DNA of 64,000 nucleotides from Hyalangium minutum (GCF_000737315.1 NZ_JMCB01000029.1:1-64000); one strand, 5' to 3'. Shown: positions 1 to 9,587, counted from the stretch's first letter. Numbers and translations: made by a program. Notes: a model not told the origin generated them from the letters alone.

Positions 1-1490
1 CGCCAGCCGAGCCTCTTCCGCCTTACGTCGCTCTTCTTCGAGCCGAGCTTGCTCTGCGAGGCGAGCCTCTTCGGCCAGCCGTGCCTCCTCCGCCAGCCGA
101 GCCTCTTCGGCCAGCCGTGCCTCTTCGGCCAGCCGAGCCTCTTCGGCCAGCCGTGCCTCTTCGGCCAGCCGAGCCTCTTCGGCCAGCCGAGCCTCTTCGG
201 CCAGCCGTGCCTCTTCGGCCAGCCGAGCCTCTTCGGCCAACCGAGCCTCTTCGGCCAGCCGAGCCTCCTCCGCCAGCCGAGCCTCTTCGGCCAGCCGTGC
301 CTCTTCGGCCAGCCGTGCCTCCTCCGCCAGCCGAGCCTCTTCGGCCAGCCGAGCCTCTTCGGCCAGCCGAGCCTCCTCCGCGCGGCGCGCCTCCTCCGCC
401 AACCGGGCCTCTTCAGCCTTGCGACGCTCGTCTTCGAGCCGAGCCTCTTCGGCCAGTCGAGCCTCTTCGGCCAGTCGAGCCTCCTCGGCGAGGCGAGCCT
501 CTTCGGCCAGTCGAGCCTCCTCAGCCTCACGACGCTCTTCGGCGAGGCGAGCCTCTTCAGCCAAACGAGCCTCTTCGGCCAACCGGTCCTCCTCCGCCAG
601 CCGAGCTTCCTCTGCGCGACGAGCCTCTTCGGCCAGCCGGGCCTCCTCGGCCTTGCGACGCTCTTCTTCGAGCCGCGCCTCTTCCGCTCGACGAGCCTCC
701 TCAGCAAGACGAGCCTCTTCCGCTAGCCGGGCTTCTTCGGCCAGGCGAGCTTCCTCGGCCTTGCGACGCTCTTCCTCAAGGCGAGCTTCCTCGGCCAGCC
801 GAGCCTCTTCAGCGAGGCGTGCCTCCTCGGCCAGCCGGGCTTCTTCAGCCAGCCGGGCCTCCTCGGCCTTGCGACGCTCTTCCTCAAGGCGAGCTTCCTC
901 GACCAGCCGAGCCTCTTCAGCGAGGCGAGCCTCTTCCGCCAGCCGAGCCTCCTCCGCCAGCCGAGCCTCCTCCGCCAGCCGAGCCTCTTCCGCCAGCCGA
1001 GCCTCTTCCGCTAGCCGAGCCTCTTCGGCCAGCCGAGCCTCTTCCGCTAGCCGGGCTTCCTCAGCGCGACGGGCCTCTTCGGCCAGCCGGGCCTCCTCGG
1101 CCAGTCGAGCCTCCTCAGCCAAGCGCGCTTCTTCCGCCAGCCGAGCCTCCTCGGCTTTGCGTCGCTCTTCTTCGAGCCGAGCCTCCTCCGCCAGCCGAGC
1201 CTCCTCCGCCAGCCGAGCTTCTTCCTCCTTGCGTCGCTCCTCTTCGAGCCGAGCTTGCTCTGCGAGGCGAGCCTCTTCGGCCAGCCGAGCCTCCTCCGCT
1301 AGCCGGGCCTCCTCAACGAGGCGAGCCTCTTCAGCCAAACGCGCCTCTTCGGCCAGCCGGGCCTCTTCCGCCAGACGCGCCTCTTCAGCCCGGCGCGCCT
1401 CTTCAGCCAATCGAGCCTCTTCCGCCAGACGCGCCTCTTCCGCGCGCCGCGCCTCCTCCGCCAGACGCGCCTCTTCCGCGCGCCGCGCCC
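1..1490. repeat. Coding tandem repeat, 18-bp unit (GCCGAGCCTCTTCGGCCA and variants)
   Basis: Dozens of directly abutting 18-bp units with in-frame variants. They encode EEARLA on the minus strand. Confidence 0.9.
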
Positions 1491-2127
1491 GCTCGCGCTC
1501 CTCCCACTCCTCGACGCTCAGGGACTCCACCAGCCCCTCACGCTCCAGCAGGTGGAGCACCACCTCCTGAGCCATCGTCAGCGCCTCGGGCTGCCGGAAG
1601 GTCCCCAGCGTCTCCAGAAACGCCCGCTCCTCCTCACTCGAGAGCCACGGCGCGCACGCGGCCACATCCGCGCAGCGGTACACCCGCGCCCCCTGCCCCT
1701 TCCCCACCGCCGGCTCCAGCGCCGCCCGCAGCACCCGCACGCCCGCAATAGGCCGGAACATCTCCTCCACATCGCCCGGCTCGAAGGCGGAGCGCTCCGC
1801 CAGCTGGCTCAGCCGCCGCACATGCGCGAGCACCTGCAGCTCCGCCACCGCCCCCTCATCCATCCCCAGCGCCTCGAGCAGATCCTCATCCGGCTCCCCC
1901 GCCCCACCCCGCGCCCACAACGCATCCAGCGCGTCCGCCTGGATCCTCCCGCTCTGCAGCAGCGCCTGCGCCGGGCTCTGGAACCCGAACCCGAGCTGCG
2001 TGCCCACCAGGTTGCCCTGCTGAAGAAAGAGCCGCGCCTCCCGGCCTCCGGCGTGCAGCGTGAGCTGACCGGTGGCCCGAGACTTGTGGACGGAGTACAG
2101 GGCTTCAGCAACGAGCGAGGGCGACAT
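1..2127 (-). CDS. Partial CDS (runs off the window start): DUF4388-like N-terminal domain followed by about 500 aa of (A)EEARL/EEARR repeats
   Basis: ATG at 2127-2125 opens MSPSLVAEALYSVHKSRATGQLTLHAGGREARLFLQQGNLVG..., which is DUF4388/PATAN-like. The reverse complement of the 18-bp repeat GCCGAGCCTCTTCGGCCA reads L-A-E-E-A-R in this frame. The ORF track omits it because there is no stop in the window. Confidence 0.8.
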   Translation of the reverse strand, partial: MSPSLVAEALYSVHKSRATGQLTLHAGGREARLFLQQGNLVGTQLGFGFQSPAQALLQSGRIQADALDALWARGGAGEPDEDLLEALGMDEGAVAELQVLAHVRRLSQLAERSAFEPGDVEEMFRPIAGVRVLRAALEPAVGKGQGARVYRCADVAACAPWLSSEEERAFLETLGTFRQPEALTMAQEVVLHLLEREGLVESLSVEEWEERERARRAEEARLAEEARRAEEARLAEEARLAEEARRAEEARLAEEARLAEEARLAEEARLVEEARLAEEARLAEEARLAEQARLEEERRKEEEARLAEEARLAEEARLEEERRKAEEARLAEEARLAEEARLAEEARLAEEARRAEEARLAEEARLAEEARLAEEARLAEEARLAEEARLAEEARLAEEARLAEEARLVEEARLEEERRKAEEARLAEEARLAEEARLAEEARLAEEARLEEERRKAEEARLAEEARLAEEARLAEEARRAEEARLEEERRKAEEARLAEEARRAEEARLAEEDRLAEEARLAEEARLAEERREAEEARLAEEARLAEEARLAEEARLAEEARLEDERRKAEEARLAEEARRAEEARLAEEARLAEEARLAEEARLAEEARLAEEARLAEEARLAEEARLAEEARLAEEARLAEEARLAEEARLAEEARLAEEARLAEEARLAEEARLAEEARLAEEARLAEQARLEEERRKAEEARLA

Positions 2128-2160
2128 GACGCCGCGAGTCTAGTCCCTCCGCCCAAGCCC

Positions 2161-2664
2161 TCAACTTGCCGGGGGGGTCTGCCTGGCTGGCCCCCCGAGC
2201 TGCACCTGACGCAGTGCCTCATAGGTGGCAATGCCCACCGAGGTAGACAGGTTCAGGCTCCGCCGCTCCGGCAGCATGGGAATCGTCACCGCCTGCCCGG
2301 ACCCGCCCTCCATCAGCTCGGCGGGCAGCCCTGTCACCTCGGAGCCGAACACCAGGTGGTCCCCCGGCTCGAACCGGGCGGCATACAGGGATGTAGAGGC
2401 CCGGGCGGAGAACAGCCACCGCCGGGCGTCGGGGAAGTCCGCCAGGTAGGCCGCATAGGTGGGATACAGCTTCAGGAACACCTTGTCCCAGTAGTCCAGG
2501 CCCGCCCGCTTCAAGTCCCGGTCCGCGATGGAGAACCCCAGCGGCTCCACCAGGATGAGCCGGCTGCCGGTGACGGCGCACAGCCGGGCCACGTTCCCGG
2601 TGTTGGGGGGAATCTGGGGGGAGACCAGCACCAGGTGCAGAGGCCGCGCGAGGGGCTCAAGCAT
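2161..2664 (-). CDS. trmL: tRNA (cytidine(34)-2'-O)-methyltransferase, SpoU family
   Basis: PQIPPNTGNVARLCA, LKRAGLDYW, LVFGSE..GLP and RSLNLSTSVGIATYEALRQ motifs. Confidence 0.9.
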   Translation of the reverse strand: MLEPLARPLHLVLVSPQIPPNTGNVARLCAVTGSRLILVEPLGFSIADRDLKRAGLDYWDKVFLKLYPTYAAYLADFPDARRWLFSARASTSLYAARFEPGDHLVFGSEVTGLPAELMEGGSGQAVTIPMLPERRSLNLSTSVGIATYEALRQVQLGGPARQTPPAS

Positions 2665-2681
2665 GGGGTAGAACAGGGGAC

Positions 2682-3065
2682 ATGCGCTGGAAGGTGAACA
2701 ACGTGACCCGGGGGAGGCTGCTGGCGGATCGCGCCGAGCGAGCCACCTCTTTCGCCGATCGCTTCATGGGGCTGATGGGGCGGCGCTCGCTGGACTTCGG
2801 CGAGGGCATGCACATTGCCCCCTGCAATTCGATCCACACCTTCTTCATGCGCATCCCGATTGATGTGGCCTTCCTGGACCGGGAGGGCCTCATCGTCAAG
2901 CAAATCCCTGCGATGCCCCCTTGGAGGATGAGCTCGGTGTACTTCAAGGCGCACTCGGTGTTGGAGCTGCCGGCGGGGACGCTGGCGGCCAGCGAGACCC
3001 AGGAGGGGGACCGGCTGAGCTTCGAACCGGTGGCCCAGCCAGGGCAGCAGGCGTCTTCCGGCTGA
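2682..3065 (+). CDS. DUF192 domain protein
   Basis: A.SFADRFMGLMGR..L...EGM, SIHTFFMRIPIDVAFLD and VLELPAG motifs. Confidence 0.85.
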   Translation: MRWKVNNVTRGRLLADRAERATSFADRFMGLMGRRSLDFGEGMHIAPCNSIHTFFMRIPIDVAFLDREGLIVKQIPAMPPWRMSSVYFKAHSVLELPAGTLAASETQEGDRLSFEPVAQPGQQASSG

Positions 3066-3161
3066 ACTGGACGGATCCGTTTTGCCCCCGCACGGGGCCT
3101 TTGTTAACCTGCAGGACTGTTTCCAAGCGGCCCCATCCCCGCGGCACACGAGTTCCCGAGC

Positions 3162-3926
3162 ATGCGCATTGAGGTAGCAGGCATCACCCACGTCGGGATG
3201 AAGCGCAACCACAACGAGGACAACTACCTCCTGTTGCCGGAGGAGAACCTCTGCTGCGTCGCCGACGGCATGGGAGGGCACTCGTCCGGAGAGATCGCCT
3301 CCAAGATCGCCGTGGAGGAGCTGGGCGAGTTCTTCAAGATGACGTCGCGCGACCAGGACGCCACCTGGCCGTTCAAGATGGACAAGTCGCGCAACTACGA
3401 CGAGAACCGCCTGGCCACCGGCATCAAGCTGGCCAACGCGAAGATCTTCGAGCGGGCCACCACCGACACCAAGTACAAGGGCATGGGCACCACGATTGTC
3501 ACGGTGCACTTCGCCAACGCGGTGGCGTACGTGGGCCACGTGGGCGACAGCCGGGTGTACTTCTTCCGCGAAGGCGTGCTGAAGCAAGTCACCGAGGACC
3601 ACTCGCTGCTCAACGACTACCTCAAGGCCAAGAAGCTCACGCCCGAGGAGATCGAGAACTTCCCCCACAAGAACGTCATCGTCCGCGCCCTGGGCATGAA
3701 GGAGTCCGTGGTGGTGGACGTGACGCGGATCGAGCCCAAGGAGGGCGACGTCTTCCTGCTGTGCTCGGACGGCCTGTCCGGCATGGTGACGGATCCGCAG
3801 ATTCAGGAGGTGCTCCAGCGCACCTCGGAGCTGGAGAAGGCGGCCTCCCAGCTCATTGATTTGGCCAACGCGGCGGGCGGCAACGACAACGTCACCTGCG
3901 TGCTGGCCCGCTACCACAACAACTAG
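3162..3926 (+). CDS. pph1: PP2C-family Ser/Thr phosphatase (Stp1/IreP type, Pph1-like)
   Basis: THVGMKRNHNED, VADGMGGH, MGTT, HVGDSR, LLCSDGL and GGNDNVT motifs. The symbol rests on recalled similarity to M. xanthus Pph1. Confidence 0.85.
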   Translation: MRIEVAGITHVGMKRNHNEDNYLLLPEENLCCVADGMGGHSSGEIASKIAVEELGEFFKMTSRDQDATWPFKMDKSRNYDENRLATGIKLANAKIFERATTDTKYKGMGTTIVTVHFANAVAYVGHVGDSRVYFFREGVLKQVTEDHSLLNDYLKAKKLTPEEIENFPHKNVIVRALGMKESVVVDVTRIEPKEGDVFLLCSDGLSGMVTDPQIQEVLQRTSELEKAASQLIDLANAAGGNDNVTCVLARYHNN

Positions 3927-4115
3927 TCCCCACGAGAGGGGGCGGACTCCAGACTCGAGGTGCGTTTGCGCGCCCCGAGAGCCACACGTGGCGTGTGCCC
4001 GTGGCCCGAGGCCTGTCCTTTCGGGCAAAACTCTCATTTCGCGAGAAACCAAAAAAAGCGGTCTTCCGTATCCGAGGTGAATCCCCCACTCACCTTGCTC
4101 ACGAGGACCCAGCCC

Positions 4116-5630
4116 ATGATGGAAAGCTCGCTGACCCCCGCGACTCTCCCCCCTCCCCCTCAGCGCCTTCAGGCCGTCAGTGCCCAGATCGGCCAGCTCT
4201 TCAGCACCCCCTTCCTTCAAGGGGTGCTGGGAACGCTGGCCCAACGTCAGCAGAAGTCCCTGCAGATGATGGGGGAGCTGCGTCAGCACGAGATCTCCTG
4301 TCTGGGGTTCTGGCCCTTCGTCGGCATCTTCCTGCCACTGGGCATCGAAAGCGCGGAGGGCTCGCGGCTGCTGGACGTGGATGGCAACGAGTACCTCGAC
4401 TTCTTCATGGGCTTTGGGACGCACAGCCTGCACGGCCACAACCCGGAGCCGGTCACCCACTTCGTCCAGCAGATGATGCGCCGGAGCGTAGGCAACGCCT
4501 ACAGCACGCCGCTGCACCTGGAGTACGTACGGCTGCTCAAGGAGCTGGTCCCGCACCGCGAGAAGTTCGCCTTCCTCAACTCCGGGAGCGACGCCACCTC
4601 CGCCGCCGTGCGGATCTCCCGCGCGGCCACTGGCCGCCAGCTGGTGGTCCGCTTCGAAGGAAGCTCCAACGGCCAGCATGATCTCACCAGCTACAACGGC
4701 ATCTCGGCGTTCTTCGGCTACCCGTTCACCCCGTTCCCGCCCAAGAAGGGTCCGGAGATCCCTCTGCGCTCCTACAGCAGGGGCGTCCATCGGATGGGCC
4801 CGGAGGACCTGCTCATCCTGTCGTATGGCGAGGCCGCTTCGCTGGACGTCATCCGGCAGCGCAAGGACGAGATCGCCTGCGTGATCGCCGAGTCCATCCC
4901 GTTCCTGTACCCGACCGAGCAGGGCGCAGTGGCCTTCTTGCGCGAGCTCTCGGAGGTCTGCCGGAAGGCCGGGGTGGTGTTCGTCGTGGACGAAGTGCAC
5001 ACGGGCTTCCGCTACGGCCCCAGCGGCGTGGTGGGGCACTACAACGTGCACGCGGATCTCGTCACGTACGGCAAGGTGATGGCCGCGCTGGGCATTCCCC
5101 TCAGCGCGGTCGCGGGCCGCAGCGACCTCATCGACGTCGCGGGCACCGCGGGGGGCCTGACGGACGTGGGCACGAAGACGTTGCTGGGCACCACCCACGC
5201 CGGCAGCCACCTCGCGGTCGCGGCCTCGTATGCCTCGCTGTCACTGCTGAGGGAGAAGGGCCCCGCCTTCTACGAGCGAACACGGAAGAAGGCAGCGCGC
5301 CTGCGCGCCGCGGTGGAGTCCATCGAGCTGCCGAAGGGCCTCAAGCTCAAGCTGCACGGGCACGGGGAGTTCACCGGCTACATGATGTTCATGCGGGACC
5401 AGCCCATGGAGACCCACCGCGACTACGTCACCAACATGCTCCCCATCGCCACCAACGTGCTCGCGATGCTGCTGCGCTCCAAGGGCATTCACTCCCACTC
5501 CGTCCCGGTGACGTATCTGGGCGATGCCCACTCCGAGCAGGACATCGACTTGCTCATCGCGAAGACCCGCGAAGCGGTGGAGGAGATGAAGAGGAACGAC
5601 TTCCCCTTCCTCTTCCCCACCCTCGATTAG
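4116..5630 (+). CDS. Class III (GSA-aminomutase-like) PLP aminotransferase, standalone, resembling PKS/NRPS-embedded aminotransferase domains
   Basis: GSRLLDVDGNEYLDFFMGFG, FLNSGSDA, DEVHTGFR and TYGK (catalytic Lys) motifs. Start placed at ATG 4116 rather than the ORF-track start 3960. Confidence 0.8.
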   Translation: MMESSLTPATLPPPPQRLQAVSAQIGQLFSTPFLQGVLGTLAQRQQKSLQMMGELRQHEISCLGFWPFVGIFLPLGIESAEGSRLLDVDGNEYLDFFMGFGTHSLHGHNPEPVTHFVQQMMRRSVGNAYSTPLHLEYVRLLKELVPHREKFAFLNSGSDATSAAVRISRAATGRQLVVRFEGSSNGQHDLTSYNGISAFFGYPFTPFPPKKGPEIPLRSYSRGVHRMGPEDLLILSYGEAASLDVIRQRKDEIACVIAESIPFLYPTEQGAVAFLRELSEVCRKAGVVFVVDEVHTGFRYGPSGVVGHYNVHADLVTYGKVMAALGIPLSAVAGRSDLIDVAGTAGGLTDVGTKTLLGTTHAGSHLAVAASYASLSLLREKGPAFYERTRKKAARLRAAVESIELPKGLKLKLHGHGEFTGYMMFMRDQPMETHRDYVTNMLPIATNVLAMLLRSKGIHSHSVPVTYLGDAHSEQDIDLLIAKTREAVEEMKRNDFPFLFPTLD

Positions 5631-5679
5631 CTCGCGGAGTCCTGCAAGGCGCGTCACTGCGCCTTGCAGGTGCGGCACC

Positions 5680-6711
5680 CTATCCAGGAGCGATCGGCGC
5701 AGAGACCCGGTGGGCCCCCCAGGCGAGGACCTCGACCAGCTCTTCATCCGCGCCCACCTCGGTGTCATCGAAGACCGCCACGCGGTTGAGCCGCGCTCCG
5801 TCTCCGACCCGAGCGTTCTCCCCCACCGCCACCGCCGAGCCAATGCGTGCCCCATCCGCCAGCACGCAGCCCGGCCCGAAGTACGCGGGGCCCGCCACCT
5901 TCGAAGCGCCCAGCTGGGCCTGAGGGTGAGCCCAGAAGTTCCCCTGCCCCTTCAGCGCCAAATGGAATGGAGAGGCCTTGCCCAGCCCCTCCAGCGGCAC
6001 CTGGCCGAAGAGCACATCCCGCACCGTCGACAGATAGCGAGAGGGCGTCCCCAGATCGGACCAGTACGCCTGCACCACCTCGCCTCGGATGGGCAGCCCC
6101 GCCTGCATGACGCGCGGGTAGATGTCGCGGTTGATGTCCTCGGCGCCCGAGGGCGACATGAAGTCGAACACCCGCGGAGAGATGACGTGCACGCCCGTGA
6201 AGTGCCACGGGCTCAGCGCGTCGCCTCCCGGTCCATAGCTCGCGATGCGTCGGACCTCGCCCTCAGGATTCATCTCCACGGCGGCGTACTTCTCGCCCGG
6301 CGGCATGGGCATCAACACCATGGTGGCTGCCGCGCCCGAACTCCGGTGCGCGTCAATGACGGGCCGCAGATCCACCGGGAACAAGATGTCCCCGTTGAAC
6401 ACGAGGAAGTCATCGTCCGAGAGAAAGTCCCTCAGGCCCCGGATGCCACCGCCCGTGCCCTGAATGACCTCCTCGTGCATCACGTGGAGCGGCAGCCTCG
6501 CGCGCTCACACTCGGCGCGGGCCGTCGCGGCCATGACCTCCGGGAGGTGGTGCGTGTTGATGCCCACCGCGGAGACGCCCGCCGCCTTGAGCACCGCCAG
6601 GTGGTAGCGCAGCAGCGGCTGCCCCAGGAACGGCAGCGCCGGCTTGGGCCAGCGCTCGGTCAACGGACGGAGGCGCGTGCCGAGGCCCGCGCACAGGATC
6701 ATGGCCTTCAT
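5680..6711 (-). CDS. murU: Nucleotidyltransferase, MurU/NDP-sugar pyrophosphorylase family, with a C-terminal left-handed beta-helix
   Basis: KAMILCAGLGTRLRPLT..WPKP, GTGGG and FLVFNGD motifs. Lies directly downstream of the amgK-like kinase. Confidence 0.75.
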   Translation of the reverse strand: MKAMILCAGLGTRLRPLTERWPKPALPFLGQPLLRYHLAVLKAAGVSAVGINTHHLPEVMAATARAECERARLPLHVMHEEVIQGTGGGIRGLRDFLSDDDFLVFNGDILFPVDLRPVIDAHRSSGAAATMVLMPMPPGEKYAAVEMNPEGEVRRIASYGPGGDALSPWHFTGVHVISPRVFDFMSPSGAEDINRDIYPRVMQAGLPIRGEVVQAYWSDLGTPSRYLSTVRDVLFGQVPLEGLGKASPFHLALKGQGNFWAHPQAQLGASKVAGPAYFGPGCVLADGARIGSAVAVGENARVGDGARLNRVAVFDDTEVGADEELVEVLAWGAHRVSAPIAPG

Positions 6712-6721
6712 GAGAGAGCCC

Positions 6722-7762
6722 TCACTCCGAGAGCTCGGGGACGTAGCGGCTGATCAGGTCCTGCAGCTTGCGCAGCTCGCGACGCCGCGCGAAAGCGGCT
6801 TTCACGTAGCGCAGTGACGCGGGGATGGAGACCAGGAAGCCCGGGTTGCCCTTCACCCGGTTGATGAACTCGAAGCGCCCCGCGTCCTTCAGCTTGCGCT
6901 GGATGGTCAGCAGGTCGAAGAAGTCCTTGAACGGACCGCGCTCGATCTTCTCGCCGCCCGCGGCCGCGAAGGCGTCGATGTAGCGATCCAGCATCGTGTC
7001 CACGAAGTCCCGGTCCAGCTCCACGTAGCTGTCGCGCAGCAGCGCCACCAGGTCGTACTGCCGAGGGCCCTGCAGCGCATCCTGGAAGTCAATGACCACC
7101 AGCTCGCCGTCCTTCACCATGATGTTGCGGCTCTGGTAGTCGCGGTGCGTGAAGCCCCGAGGCGCCGCGGCCAGCGTGCGAGCAATTTCCCGGAAGGTGC
7201 GGTCCAGCTCGGCGCGCTCGGCGTCCGTGGGCTTCTTGCCGCTCCAGGCCTCCAGGCCCCACTCGCGGAAGTGGTGCAGCTCCCAGTCGTACAGGTCCTC
7301 GTCGAAGGCCCGGGTGAAGGCCAGGCACTCCGAGTCCGGCTGCCGCTCGGCCTGCACGCGCAGGCGGGCCAGCAGCTCCACCGCCCGCCCATAGAGCGCC
7401 TCGCGGTGCTTGCCGCCTTCCAGCGCGGCCTCGAAGGTGAGGTCCGTCAGGTCCTCGAGCACCATCATCCCTGCGGGCTCGTCGTAGCGCAGGATGCGAG
7501 GCACCCGGACGCCGAGCTTCTCCAAGTAGCGGTGGACGTTGACGAAGGGCAGTTCCTTGGGTGGCTCACCCTTGGTGGCCTCCTCGCTTTTCTTCGTCGC
7601 GTCCAGTGGCATCACCATCACCACCCAGCTCTCCGGGGGTGTGCCGACGCGATAGTACGAGCGGTTGCTCGCATCGCCCTTCAGCTTCTTGATGGGGGCA
7701 TTGGGAACGGGACGGCCAATGGCCTTGCCCACCTGGTCGCGCAGGGCGGCCTCGAGTTCCAT
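6722..7762 (-). CDS. amgK: APH/choline-kinase-family phosphotransferase, AmgK-like
   Basis: GDASNRSYYR, LEDL, HRDYQSRN and IDFQDA..GP..YDLVALLRDSY motifs. Start set at ATG 7762 (MELEAA). Confidence 0.75.
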   Translation of the reverse strand: MELEAALRDQVGKAIGRPVPNAPIKKLKGDASNRSYYRVGTPPESWVVMVMPLDATKKSEEATKGEPPKELPFVNVHRYLEKLGVRVPRILRYDEPAGMMVLEDLTDLTFEAALEGGKHREALYGRAVELLARLRVQAERQPDSECLAFTRAFDEDLYDWELHHFREWGLEAWSGKKPTDAERAELDRTFREIARTLAAAPRGFTHRDYQSRNIMVKDGELVVIDFQDALQGPRQYDLVALLRDSYVELDRDFVDTMLDRYIDAFAAAGGEKIERGPFKDFFDLLTIQRKLKDAGRFEFINRVKGNPGFLVSIPASLRYVKAAFARRRELRKLQDLISRYVPELSE

Positions 7763-8053
7763 ATCGAAACGATCTCCAAGGGTTGGGAGGACCGGCAGTA
7801 TGGGGGGGAGGGGGTGGTGGGTCAAAGGAGACAATGAGGGGCGACCGAGCAGGCCTTCGGGCTGTCGCCTACGCGACGGGCGCTCGGATGACGGGGTGCG
7901 GCAGAGACAGGCAGGCTCATGGTTCCCTCAAGTGCAGCCTGACGCTCGGCGGGGCCTCTGGGCGAAGTGTGCCCGGCCGCTGTCGACCCGTTAGAGACCA
8001 CGGCGTATAAGGGCCGCGCGCAGCGCCAGAAACCCCTCGCTTCGGAAACCACG

Positions 8054-9421
8054 ATGGAAATCCACGACAACATCCTCACGGCCATTGGCCACACGCCCCT
8101 GGTCAAGCTCAACAAGATGGTGGGGCCCAACGACGCCACGGTGCTCGTCAAGTGCGAGTTCATGAACCCGGGCGCGTCCATCAAGGACCGCATGGCGCTC
8201 TACATCCTCGAGAAGGCCGAGCGGGAGGGCAAGCTGAAACCCGGCGGCACCATCGTGGAGAACACCTCGGGCAACACCGGCATGGGCGTGGCGCTGGCCG
8301 CCGCGGTGAAGGGCTACAAGTGCATCTTCACCATGCCGGACAAGATGTCCCTGGAGAAGATCAACCGGCTCAAGGCGCTGGGCGCGCAGGTGGTGGTGAC
8401 GCCGACGAACGTGCCGGCCGAGGATCCGCGCAGCTACTACGAGACGGCCAAGCGCCTCCACCGCGAGACGCCGGGCTCGTTCATGCTGAACCAGTACCAC
8501 AACCCGGACAACATCGAGGCCCACTACAAGCTGACGGGTCCGGAGATCTACGAGCAGACCGAGGGCAAGTTCGACTACTTCGTGTCGGGCCTGGGCACCG
8601 GCGGCACGATGAGCGGCGCGGGCAAGTTCCTGAAGGAGAAGATCCCCGGCCTGAAGAACGTGGGCGTGGACCCCGAGGGCTCCGTCTACGAGGGCTACTT
8701 CAAGACGGGCAAGCTGACGACTCCGCACGTGTACAAGGTGGAGGGCATCGGCGAGGACATGCTGTGCGGCGCCATGGACTTCAAGGTGGTGGACGACGTG
8801 CGGCAGGTGGATGACCGCCAGAGCTTCGTGGCGGCGCGGCGGCTGGCGCGCGAGGAGGGCATCTTCGCGGGCGGCTCGGCGGGCGCGGCGGTGCACGTGG
8901 CGGTGCAGCTGGCCAAGGAAGTGGGTAAGGGCAAGACGATCGTCGTCGTGCTGCCGGACTCGGGCATGGCCTACATCAGCAAGTTCCACTCGGACGAGTG
9001 GATGCGCGACAACGGCTTCCTGGAGGAGAAGGGCGTTGGGACGGTGAAGGACATCCTCGGCGACAAGCGCCGCGAGGTGCTCACCGCGCGCAAGGGCGAC
9101 AAGGTGGACCTGGTGGTGGAGCAGATGCGCAAGCACGGCATCAGCCAGATGCCGGTGCTCAACAGCGACGGGCGCGCCGTGGGAATGGTCCACGAGTATG
9201 ACTTGCTCAACGCGCTGGTGGCCAACCGGGTGAAGTTCAGCGACTCGATCGACGCCATCGTCACGCCGCTGCAGGGCGCCATCTCCCTGGACACCAGCAT
9301 CAACCGCCTGCGGGAGATCTTCGCGCAGGACAACGTGGCCGTGGTGAAGGACGGCGAGAAGATTGTCGGCATCGTCACGAAGATCGATCTGATCGACTAC
9401 CTGCACCGCACTGGCGCCTGA
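8054..9421 (+). CDS. cbs: Cystathionine beta-synthase with C-terminal CBS domains
   Basis: IGHTPLV, KCEFMNPGASIKDR, ENTSGNTG, GLGTGGT and VEGIG motifs, with a tandem CBS pair (GISQMPV; VGIVTKIDL). Confidence 0.9.
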   Translation: MEIHDNILTAIGHTPLVKLNKMVGPNDATVLVKCEFMNPGASIKDRMALYILEKAEREGKLKPGGTIVENTSGNTGMGVALAAAVKGYKCIFTMPDKMSLEKINRLKALGAQVVVTPTNVPAEDPRSYYETAKRLHRETPGSFMLNQYHNPDNIEAHYKLTGPEIYEQTEGKFDYFVSGLGTGGTMSGAGKFLKEKIPGLKNVGVDPEGSVYEGYFKTGKLTTPHVYKVEGIGEDMLCGAMDFKVVDDVRQVDDRQSFVAARRLAREEGIFAGGSAGAAVHVAVQLAKEVGKGKTIVVVLPDSGMAYISKFHSDEWMRDNGFLEEKGVGTVKDILGDKRREVLTARKGDKVDLVVEQMRKHGISQMPVLNSDGRAVGMVHEYDLLNALVANRVKFSDSIDAIVTPLQGAISLDTSINRLREIFAQDNVAVVKDGEKIVGIVTKIDLIDYLHRTGA

Positions 9422-9446
9422 GCGCCTGACGGTTGACGCAGGCACA

Positions 9447-9489
9447 GAGGGCCTCCGCGCTGCCTGGGAACGGGGAGCAGGAGGCCCTC
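9447..9489. terminator. GC-rich hairpin just after cbs (possible terminator)
   Basis: GAGGGCCTCC (9447-9456) pairs with GGAGGCCCTC (9480-9489). Confidence 0.45.
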
Positions 9490-9534
9490 ATGACGAGTAA
9501 AGCTGTGATCCGGTACACAGCTTTACTCGTCATG
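9489..9534. repeat. Perfect 19-bp inverted repeat with an 8-nt spacer
   Basis: CATGACGAGTAAAGCTGTG (9489-9507), spacer ATCCGGTA, CACAGCTTTACTCGTCATG (9516-9534). Confidence 0.9.
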
Positions 9535-9587
9535 CTGGCCGGGTGCGCTACCGCGCTCATGGACAGGCCGTGGAGACCCAAATAGCC

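Noticed and set aside
1-1490. The 18-bp repeats as a CRISPR array
   Set aside because: The units abut with no unique spacers, stay in frame, and there are no cas genes.
49-1751. Plus-strand ORFs 49..726, 81..1751 and 419..1570 (GQPSLF, PAEPLR and SSASRA repeats)
   Set aside because: They are alternative-frame shadows of the 18-bp repeat. The minus-strand EEARLA frame has a proper start, a globular N-terminal domain and normal codon usage.
2511-5210. 899-aa minus-strand ORF, and similar long ORFs at 7991..9445, 12876..14981, 39762..43469, 49473..51500 and 57969..59936
   Set aside because: They are antisense shadows of well-supported genes, expected at high GC3, and carry no domain motifs.
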